Assembly: GCA_963796685.1 (NCBI GenBank)
Contig: CAWCMR010000013.1
Location: 96,001-160,000, forward strand
Direction: 5' to 3'
Length of the DNA stretch: 64,000 bases
From: an uncultured delta proteobacterium
GTDB taxonomy: Bacteria > Myxococcota_A > Polyangia > Fen-1088
A program made the translations under genes and the position numbers. How positions within the stretch are numbered: position 1 is the first letter of the stretch; every line of letters starts with the position of its first letter. Below the pieces are notes generated by a model. That model was not told where the DNA came from. It made no database searches and was given only the letters and a program-made list of their open reading frames with translations. Positions 11,299-18,611 of this stretch are shown here, piece after piece.

Positions 11299-12459
11299 AT
11301 GAAGGCGCAACGATTGATGGGTACACGCGAAATGCCGGGACGAACCTGTCGCATCTTCATCCTGCTGGGCTTGCTCGCGCCGAGAGCGGCCCGGGCCCAG
11401 GAGCCGGAGCAGAACGAAAACGTGGTGCGCGCGGAAGCGCCGATAGTCGCCGGCAACGCCGTCATTGCCAAGAAGCGCGCCCTGGCCGATGCCTTCCGCC
11501 AGGTCACCGAGCGAGCGCTGGCCGAGATCGTGAAGCAGGGGGCGCCCTTGCCCTCGCCGCTGCCGCCCGGGGTGGTGCAGCTCAAGGCCTCGCTGGCCAA
11601 TTCGGCGCAGCGGTTCGTGCGCAGCTACCGCTTGATCGAGCAGGCGACCGAAGGTGGCATCCTGCACGTCATGGTCGAGGCGGACGTGGATACGGTGCTG
11701 TTGCGCCGGGAGCTCGACCGCGCGCGCGGCTCCGCGCAGGTGGCGGCGCCGGCCGTCGCAGCGGTTCCGGTCGCGGGTTTCATGCTCCTGGCCGGGACCG
11801 CGCCCGCGACCTCGATGGCGGCGGCGGCCTTGACTGCGGCCGGCGTCCGCGTACGTGTGGATGCGGGGGCAGGTGAGGCGCAGCTCCTCGCGCTGGCCGC
11901 CAAGCAGAACGCCTACGCCCTGTTCGTCGCCGCGACCAGCGTCGACGAAGGCATGGTGCGCGGGACCACGCGCGTGTCGGTCAAGTGCGCCTTGCGCTCG
12001 CGCTTGTTCCCCGCCGGCAGCCAGGCGGCGCGCGGCCCGGCCGTCGATCGCACCGACGAGGATCGAGGCTTTGCCGCGAACGCAAGCCTGGCCCGCGTGG
12101 CTTGCTTGGAGCAGGTCTCGGGTCAGGCGGCCCGCGGGTTGGTGTCCGCGCTGCGCGCTCCCACGGTCAGCGCTCCCTTCGTGACGCTGAGGCTCGATAT
12201 CGCCGATCCCGGCGCGATCCCGACCTTGCTGCAAACTCTCAAGCGCATGGGCGCGGTGACCGCCACTGAGGTGCGTGACGTGGCCGCCAACCTGGCCGAG
12301 ATTCGGGTCTTCACGCGCATGGGCGGCGTGGCCCTTGGGCAGGTTCTGGTGCACGAGCTTGCCGGCAAGCTCACGGTCGTTCCCACGCAAAGCACGGAGG
12401 CTGTGCTCGCGCTCCGTCTGCGCCCACTCGACACGTCGGCCCTGGAGGAGAATCGTTGA
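11299..12459 (+). CDS. Secreted hypothetical protein with a FlgT_N/DUF2066-like N-terminal domain
   Basis: Signal ...IFILLGLLAPRAARAQ; VVRAEAPIVAGNAVIAKKRALADAFRQ...FVRSYRLI pattern. Start uncertain (11299 to 11332). Confidence 0.6.
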   Translation: MKAQRLMGTREMPGRTCRIFILLGLLAPRAARAQEPEQNENVVRAEAPIVAGNAVIAKKRALADAFRQVTERALAEIVKQGAPLPSPLPPGVVQLKASLANSAQRFVRSYRLIEQATEGGILHVMVEADVDTVLLRRELDRARGSAQVAAPAVAAVPVAGFMLLAGTAPATSMAAAALTAAGVRVRVDAGAGEAQLLALAAKQNAYALFVAATSVDEGMVRGTTRVSVKCALRSRLFPAGSQAARGPAVDRTDEDRGFAANASLARVACLEQVSGQAARGLVSALRAPTVSAPFVTLRLDIADPGAIPTLLQTLKRMGAVTATEVRDVAANLAEIRVFTRMGGVALGQVLVHELAGKLTVVPTQSTEAVLALRLRPLDTSALEENR

Positions 12460-12463
12460 GATC

Positions 12464-12763
12464 ATGAAAGCCTTGGTCATTTCTGCGCTGGTGATGCTGT
12501 CGTCCTTGGGTTGCGCCACGATGAGAGCCGAAAAGCCGGGCTCGCTGCACGTCGAATGCAACGTCCCCGACGCAGCCGTGTTGCTGGACGACGATCTGGC
12601 GGGACGCGCCGCGGATCTGGTGAAGCACGACAAGGCCATCCGTGCCGGCTTCTACCGGGTCGAGGTCCGCTTCCCCGGGTACTACTCGTACTTCACGGAG
12701 ATCACGGTTCCCGAGGGCGGCGCGGCGGCCGTGAAAGCCGAGCTCCACCCCCTGCTGGACTAG
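12464..12763 (+). CDS. Small PEGA-domain lipoprotein
   Basis: MKALVISALVMLSSLGC lipobox; GSLHVECNVPDAAVLLDD...AGFYRVEVRFPGY. Confidence 0.8.
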   Translation: MKALVISALVMLSSLGCATMRAEKPGSLHVECNVPDAAVLLDDDLAGRAADLVKHDKAIRAGFYRVEVRFPGYYSYFTEITVPEGGAAAVKAELHPLLD

Positions 12764-12769
12764 GCGCAC

Positions 12770-14095
12770 ATGGGCAAGGATTCGCGTCAGCAATTGATCG
12801 AGAGCCTCCGCGCCAAGGGGGGCAAGGCGATTCCCACGTCCGCGTTCGGCCGATTGCAAAAGACCGCCACGGCAGCGGCTCGGCTGGGCCTGGGCGCGCT
12901 GGCCGGCCGGCTGCGCGGCGAGGAATTCAACTTCGGCTCGCTGTCGCCCGAGGCCTTGGTCAGGCTGATTGAGACCATGGGCGAGCTCAAGGGCGTGGCC
13001 ATGAAGGCCGGGCAGATCCTGTCCTATTTCGACGGCTCGTTGCCGCCCGAGGCGCGGCGTCTTCTGTCGGTGTTGCAGGTGATGTCCCAGCCCACGGCCT
13101 TTGCGCTCATCCAACGCACCATCACGGAGGATCTGGGGGCGCGCGGCCGGGCGTTGCTGGCGCGCCTCGAACCGGAAGCCGTCGCCAGCGCGTCGATCGG
13201 TCAGGTCCATCGCGCGCTTCTCGAAGACGGCAGGCGCGTGGCCGTCAAGGTCCGGCACCCCGGCATCGAGGAGGCGATCCGCGCCGATTTCAAGACCGCC
13301 GCCGTCGGCAGCTTCTTTGCTCACCTCGCAGTTCCCGGCGCCCATGTCGAGGACTTCATGGAGGAAGCCGAGGCGCGCTTTCTCGAGGAATGCGATTATG
13401 CGCTGGAGGCGCGCCGGCAGATCCGCTTTGGCGAGATCTATGCCGGGCATCCCTCCATCGCCATCCCGGCAATCCACCGCGACCTGTGCGGGCCACGGGT
13501 TCTGACCTCCACCTGGCACGACGGCGCCGGTCTCGAGGCCTTCCTTGGTTCGGCGCGCTTCGCCGCCGAACGGGTACGGGCGGCGCGCTCTCTCTATGAG
13601 TTCTACGTCGGCACCCTGTACCGCAACGGCCTGTTCAACGCGGATCCCCACCCCGGCAATCTGCTCTTTGCTCCCGACGGCCGCGTGACCATCCTCGATC
13701 ACGGCTGCGTGCGTGAATTCGATCCCGACGTCGTGACCTGGCTGGCGCGGCTGTCGCGGGCGGTCCGCGCGGACGATCCGCAGCAGATTCAAACCGCGCT
13801 GGTCGCTGTCGGCATGTTCGAGCCCACGCGTGATTTCGCCGTCACGAGGGCGATGCTGCGCGGGTTCTACGCGCCCCTGCTCGAATCCGGACGCCACAGG
13901 GTCGAGCCCGACCAGGCTATTTCCATGGCGCAGGTGGCGAAGCTGAAGAAGAGCCTTTTGCGCATGCGCCTGCCGAGCAAGCTGATGTTCTTGTTTCGCA
14001 TTCGCATTGGCCTCTACGCCGTGCTGGCGCGCATCGGCGCCAAGCTGGATTGGATCGAGCTCGAAGAAGAGCTGGCCGATCCGGCGGCGGGCTGA
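12770..14095 (+). CDS. ABC1/UbiB/AarF family atypical kinase
   Basis: LKGVAMKAGQ (KxGQ), ASASIGQVHRA, VAVKVRHPG, ADPHPGN, LDHG. Confidence 0.95.
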   Translation: MGKDSRQQLIESLRAKGGKAIPTSAFGRLQKTATAAARLGLGALAGRLRGEEFNFGSLSPEALVRLIETMGELKGVAMKAGQILSYFDGSLPPEARRLLSVLQVMSQPTAFALIQRTITEDLGARGRALLARLEPEAVASASIGQVHRALLEDGRRVAVKVRHPGIEEAIRADFKTAAVGSFFAHLAVPGAHVEDFMEEAEARFLEECDYALEARRQIRFGEIYAGHPSIAIPAIHRDLCGPRVLTSTWHDGAGLEAFLGSARFAAERVRAARSLYEFYVGTLYRNGLFNADPHPGNLLFAPDGRVTILDHGCVREFDPDVVTWLARLSRAVRADDPQQIQTALVAVGMFEPTRDFAVTRAMLRGFYAPLLESGRHRVEPDQAISMAQVAKLKKSLLRMRLPSKLMFLFRIRIGLYAVLARIGAKLDWIELEEELADPAAG

Positions 14096-14118
14096 GCTTG
14101 GCGCGTTCCCCGTAATTC

Positions 14119-14311
14119 CGCGAAAGCTCAGCGACGTCGCGAGGCGCTGGGCTAAAGGCACTGTGAACGACGCGCTCTGGTTGTGCTCGCAGCGTCCTAA
14201 GTGTCCGGCCACGGCCACGGCCACCCTTCATTGCCCTGCCAGGCGAGAGACCCAGCCTTGGAACACCGGGGGAGCGCCTAGGCACCCCGCGACGTCGTTG
14301 CGCTTGTCGCG
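14119..14311. repeat. ~190-bp element with long imperfect terminal inverted repeats and an internal (GGCCAC)3
   Basis: 14119-14152 cgcgaaagctcagcgacgtcgcgaggcgctgggc pairs with 14276-14311 gcctaggcaccccgcgacgtcgttgcgcttgtcgcg. GGCCAC x3 at 14207-14224. Confidence 0.6.
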
Positions 14312-14417
14312 TTTTTTGCGCGTTTCCCAGCATTGACACCGGTGTGCGCCAGCGCAAGCATGCGCCCATGGGGTGCATAGGCAAAGAAACGTTCGGCGAG
14401 CGGCAACGGAAGCCAAT

Positions 14418-14525
14418 CACAGAGGGCACGGGGCGCACAGAGGTTGCGAAGGAAGAAAGGACTCAGCGCCTGGCTAGATCCTCCCCCCTTCCTTTCCGGC
14501 CTCTGCGCCCTCTGTGCTCTCTGTG
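14418..14525. repeat. CACAGAG-type palindromic (REP-like) element
   Basis: Left arm cacagagggcacggggcgcacagagg (14418-14443) is complementary to right arm cctctgcgccctctgtgctctctgtg (14500-14525). Confidence 0.7.
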
Positions 14526-14548
14526 GTAAAGAATCCGAGTCTACTTCC

Positions 14549-16174
14549 ATGAAACGCTTCGCTCTCACCATCGCGTTTGTGGTCGGTGCCTGCGCCAAGC
14601 AACCGCGTAGCATGGCCGAGACCAAGACGGTTGCGCCGCCAGCGTCAGCCAAGGCGGCTTCCGCCGCGGAGACCAAGCGCATCCGGCGGGCACAGGTCGC
14701 GGGCTCGTGGTACCCAGGGGACAAGGAGCACCTCGCACCGTTCATCGATGAGGTGCTCGACGAGGTGAAACCTCCTAAGGTCGACGGCAAGGTCATTGCC
14801 TTGATCTCGCCGCACGCGGGCTATCGCTTTTCGGGCAAGGCGGCGGCGACGGGCTATGCCCTGCTGCGCGGGCAGGATATCCGGCGGGTGATCGTGTTGG
14901 CGATTTCCCACCACCTGCCGTTCCGCGGGGCCTCCATCCCGGACGTTACGCACTTCGAAACCCCGCTCGGGCTCATTCCCCTCGACAGCGCCGCCGTGGC
15001 GCGCCTGCGCCGCAGCTCGGTGGTCGGTGACGTCGAGCGGGCCGAGATGGGGGAACATTCACTGGAGATGCAGTTGCCCTTTCTCCAGCGTGTGCTGCCG
15101 AGCTTCAGCCTGGTACCCATCCTGGTAGGAGAAATGCGCGACGCGGACTACGCCGCGCTGGCCGATGTCTTGGCCGAGATCGTCGACGCGCACACCCTGG
15201 TCGTGGCTTCCAGCGATTTCACCCATCGGGGTGAGAACTACGGCTACGAGGTTCCGGAGGGCAAGGGAACGATTCAGGAACGGCTCGCCCGCGTGGACGA
15301 CGGGTCGGTCGAACAGATCCTCAAGCTGCGGCGACGCGGTCTGCTCGACCACGCGGAGCGAACCGGCACGACCATCTGCGGGCTGCATCCCATCGCGCTC
15401 TTGCTGGAGCTCCTCTCGAAATTCCCTGGCGTGCGCGGGCAGGTCGTCAGTCGTTACACGTCGGGCGACGTGACCTCGGATTGGTCGAGCAGCGTGACAT
15501 ACGTGGATGTGGCGTTCACGGGGAAATGGCCTGAGAATTCCAAACTGACGGCGGCCAGGGTAGGGGGAGAGAAGATGTTTCCACTCAGCGACGAAGATCG
15601 GACCACACTGTTGCGCTTGGCGCGGGCCTCGCTCGAGGCCTCCGTGCACAAGGGCGCCTTCGATGCGTCGGTCAAGAAGGCGGTTCCCATGACGCCATCG
15701 CTCGGACGCAAGGCCGGTGCCTTCGTCACCTTGAAGTGCAAGATGAACGACGACGGGCGCTGCGTGGGACGCGGGGACGACTTGCGCGGCTGCATCGGCA
15801 CCATCGAGCCCACGGACTCCGTGTACGACACGGTGGCCATGCGCGCGGCCAGCGCGGCGCTGGAGGACACGCGTTTTCCGCATACCGTCAGCGTGCCGGA
15901 ATTGCCCTTCATCACCGTCGAGATCTCGGTGCTGACGCCGCCCGTGCCGGTGAAGAGCGCCGAGGAAATCGTCATCGGGAAACACGGGATCATCCTCAGC
16001 TCGGGCTGGAGTCGCGCGACGTTCCTGCCCCAGGTCGCGTCCGAGCAGGGCTGGGATCGCGAGACCACGCTGCGCCACCTGGCGCGCAAGGCCGGGCTCG
16101 GCGAAGACGCATGGAAGAAGGCGGAATACCGGGTCTACGAAGCCATTGTTTTCGGCGAAGACCAACACCGCTAG
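14549..16174 (+). CDS. amrB: AmmeMemoRadiSam protein B (MEMO1) fused to protein A (AMMECR1), with lipoprotein signal
   Basis: MKRFALTIAFVVGAC lipobox. MEMO motifs: AGSWYP, SPHAGYRFSG, EHSLEMQLPFLQ, ASSDFTH, TICG. AMMECR1 motifs: GAFVTL, LRGCIG, EISVLT, ATFLPQVA.EQGWD, LARKAG. Confidence 0.92.
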   Translation: MKRFALTIAFVVGACAKQPRSMAETKTVAPPASAKAASAAETKRIRRAQVAGSWYPGDKEHLAPFIDEVLDEVKPPKVDGKVIALISPHAGYRFSGKAAATGYALLRGQDIRRVIVLAISHHLPFRGASIPDVTHFETPLGLIPLDSAAVARLRRSSVVGDVERAEMGEHSLEMQLPFLQRVLPSFSLVPILVGEMRDADYAALADVLAEIVDAHTLVVASSDFTHRGENYGYEVPEGKGTIQERLARVDDGSVEQILKLRRRGLLDHAERTGTTICGLHPIALLLELLSKFPGVRGQVVSRYTSGDVTSDWSSSVTYVDVAFTGKWPENSKLTAARVGGEKMFPLSDEDRTTLLRLARASLEASVHKGAFDASVKKAVPMTPSLGRKAGAFVTLKCKMNDDGRCVGRGDDLRGCIGTIEPTDSVYDTVAMRAASAALEDTRFPHTVSVPELPFITVEISVLTPPVPVKSAEEIVIGKHGIILSSGWSRATFLPQVASEQGWDRETTLRHLARKAGLGEDAWKKAEYRVYEAIVFGEDQHR

Positions 16175-16397
16175 CCCGCATTGTTCACCACGATAGGCTT
16201 GCCGACGGGAATGCCTGAAGGGAGCGTTTCCTGTACCACGAAGAGTGGCGGGCTAGCTCGATTGTCATGGGAACCCTGGGAGGGTTCCCAAACCCTCCCG
16301 CGACGCTTCGCTGCCGGCAAAGCCGGCAGGCTCCGCACGCGTTTGCTAGCCCGCGCGGGATATCGTGTTAGCGCGACTCATGAGTAGTGCGGGCTAG
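16170..16397. repeat. Two CTAG-bounded inverted-repeat units flanking two hairpins
   Basis: GCTAGCCCGC (16170-16179) pairs with GCGGGCTAGC (16248-16257). GCTAGCCCGC (16345-16354) pairs with GCGGGCTAG (16389-16397). Between the units lie the hairpins gggagggtt-ccca-aaccctccc and ctgccggc-aaa-gccggcag. Confidence 0.65.
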
Positions 16398-16422
16398 AAC
16401 GATCACGCGCTATACTTCGGGC

Positions 16423-17481
16423 GTGGCTGGGGACGAGAACAGATCGGATCGCCGCCGCTTTCTGCAGACCTTGGGCGCGGGTGCCTTGGCGGTCACGGGT
16501 TGCAGCTCGTCGTGCGCGGGCTCGCACGTGGCTCGTGTGCAATCCACGCTCGTTGCGACCAGGACGCAAGCAGCGCTCGCCAAGCTGCCACCGGGCAAGC
16601 CGCGCGTGGTGGTGGTGCGGGCCAAGAAGGTTCTCGGCGATGGCTACGATGCGGATCGCGGAGCCCTGCGCGCCATGCTCGAGGCCGGTTTGATGGCGCT
16701 GTCGGGAGAGAAGAGTGGCAGCGCCGCTCTTGCCCGATACGTTCGTCCGGGCGAGCGGGTCGGTCTGAAGATCAACGGTTTGGCCGGCCGCAAGGCCGCC
16801 ACCCACGTCGAGCTGGTGGACGAGCTCTCGGCGTTGCTCGGCAAGGCCGGCATCGACGGGCGCCAACAGATCGCGTTCGATCGGTTCGCGCGGGATCTCA
16901 GGGCGTCCGGCTTTTCCAGCCAACTGCAACGTGGCGACTATCGCTGTATCGGCAACGACGAGGCCGGCCACGAGGACGAGCTGGTGCAGATGCCGTCCTC
17001 GGCCTCGCGCCTGTCCCGCGTGCTCACGACCCAGGTGGACGCCGTGCTCAATCTCCCCATCCTCAAGCAGCACATGCTGGCGGGCGTGACCGGCGCGCTC
17101 AAGAACAACTTCGGCTGCATCCACAATCCCAACAAGATGCACCTCGACAACTGCGATCCGTACATCGCCGAGGTCAACGCGGTGCCGGCCGTGCGCGACA
17201 AGCAGCGATTGGTCGTCATGGATGCGCTCCGACCGGTGGTCGACAACGGTCCCTCGTATCAACCCGGCATGGCCGAGGTGGCGAATACCCTGCTCTTTGC
17301 CACCGATCTCGTCGCCGTCGACACGGTCGGCCTCGGCATCGTGGAAGACTTGCGCGCCAAGCGCGACCTGCCGAGCCTTGCCAAGGCGGGAATGGCGCCA
17401 ACCTATCTCGCCACCGCGAGCAGGATGGGACTTGGGGTGTCCGAACGCCCGGGCATCGAGATCGTAACAATCGAGGTTTAG
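16423..17481 (+). CDS. DUF362 domain protein with a twin-arginine signal
   Basis: SDRRRFLQTLGAGALAVTGC; PGERVGLKIN, LNLPILKQH, GVTGALKNNFG, DLVAVD. GTG 16423 lies 6 nt after TATACT. Confidence 0.88.
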   Translation: MAGDENRSDRRRFLQTLGAGALAVTGCSSSCAGSHVARVQSTLVATRTQAALAKLPPGKPRVVVVRAKKVLGDGYDADRGALRAMLEAGLMALSGEKSGSAALARYVRPGERVGLKINGLAGRKAATHVELVDELSALLGKAGIDGRQQIAFDRFARDLRASGFSSQLQRGDYRCIGNDEAGHEDELVQMPSSASRLSRVLTTQVDAVLNLPILKQHMLAGVTGALKNNFGCIHNPNKMHLDNCDPYIAEVNAVPAVRDKQRLVVMDALRPVVDNGPSYQPGMAEVANTLLFATDLVAVDTVGLGIVEDLRAKRDLPSLAKAGMAPTYLATASRMGLGVSERPGIEIVTIEV

Positions 17482-17483
17482 CG

Positions 17484-18611
17484 ATGGTTTCCCGACGAGA
17501 CTTCTTCATCACCTGCGGCGGCGCGGGCTGCGCTTTGGCCGCGGGCCTTTCGGCAAGCAGCGTGCTTGGACCGTCGAGGCGGGCCTTCGCCGGCAGCACG
17601 CCGCGCGCCTTTCCTGCCCGCTTTTGGAAGAAGCTGCCGGAAAAGCGCATCGAGTGCGGGCTTTGCCCCAAGCACTGCAAGGTCGAGGATCGCGAGCGCG
17701 GCTTTTGTGGCGTGCGCGAGAACCACGACGGCGAGTACAAGACCCTGGTGTGGGGCCAGCCCTGCGCCGTGCACGTGGATCCCATCGAGAAGAAGCCGCT
17801 CTTTCACTTCCTGCCAGGCAGCCGCGCTTTTTCCGTCGCCACCGCGGGGTGCAACCTGGAGTGCAAGTGCTGCCAGAACTGGGACATCTCGCAGTCGAAG
17901 CCCGAAGACGTCGACTTCCAATTCATGCCGCCAGACGAGGTGGTGCGCGGGGCCAAGGACTACGACGCCTGCGTGACCTTCACCTATTCCGAGCCCATCG
18001 TCTTTCTCGAATACTGCATCGACACCGCCAAGGCCGCGCGCAAGGCCGGGGTGCGCACCACCATGGTCACGGGCGGCTCGGGCGAGGCCGAGCCCATGAA
18101 GGAGGTGCTGCAATACCTCGACGCCGTCAAGGTCGACCTCAAGGGCTTCACCGAGGACTACTACCAGCGCCTGTGCAAAGGCAAGCTCAAGCCCGTGCTC
18201 GACACCCTCGAGGTCATTCGCGCCAGTGGCGTGTGGCTCGAGCTGGTCCACCTGTGCGTGCCCGGTCAGAACGACAGCGAGCCCGAGATCCTCGCCATGT
18301 GCCGCTGGGTGAAGACCCACCTGGGCGCGGACGTGCCGGTGCACTTCACGCGCTTTCACCCGGAATACCAGATGAAGAACGTGCCCCCCACGCCCAACGC
18401 CACCCTGGTCCGCTGCCGCGAGATCGGCCTGGCCGAGGGGCTGCACTTCGTCTACACCGGCAACGTGCCGGGCCTGGCCGGTGAGGACACCTTCTGTCCG
18501 AAATGCGGCAAGGTCGTGGTCGCGCGGCGGGGCTTCGAGCTGGAGGCCGTGCACCTGAAGGCCGGCCGCTGCGAGTTTTGTGGCACTGTCATTCCCGGGG
18601 TATGGAGCTAG
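17484..18611 (+). CDS. amrS: AmmeMemoRadiSam system radical SAM enzyme with a twin-arginine signal
   Basis: MVSRRDFFITCGG; CGLCPKHC..CGVR; DPIEKKPLFHF; CxxxCxxC in GCNLECKCCQNWDISQ; RFHPEY; C-terminal CPKC..CEFC. Confidence 0.94.
   Translation: MVSRRDFFITCGGAGCALAAGLSASSVLGPSRRAFAGSTPRAFPARFWKKLPEKRIECGLCPKHCKVEDRERGFCGVRENHDGEYKTLVWGQPCAVHVDPIEKKPLFHFLPGSRAFSVATAGCNLECKCCQNWDISQSKPEDVDFQFMPPDEVVRGAKDYDACVTFTYSEPIVFLEYCIDTAKAARKAGVRTTMVTGGSGEAEPMKEVLQYLDAVKVDLKGFTEDYYQRLCKGKLKPVLDTLEVIRASGVWLELVHLCVPGQNDSEPEILAMCRWVKTHLGADVPVHFTRFHPEYQMKNVPPTPNATLVRCREIGLAEGLHFVYTGNVPGLAGEDTFCPKCGKVVVARRGFELEAVHLKAGRCEFCGTVIPGVWS

Noticed and set aside
16500-17483. N-terminal extension of the 703-aa radical SAM ORF
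   Set aside because: It is an out-of-frame overlap with DUF362; the Tat-bearing start is ATG 17484.
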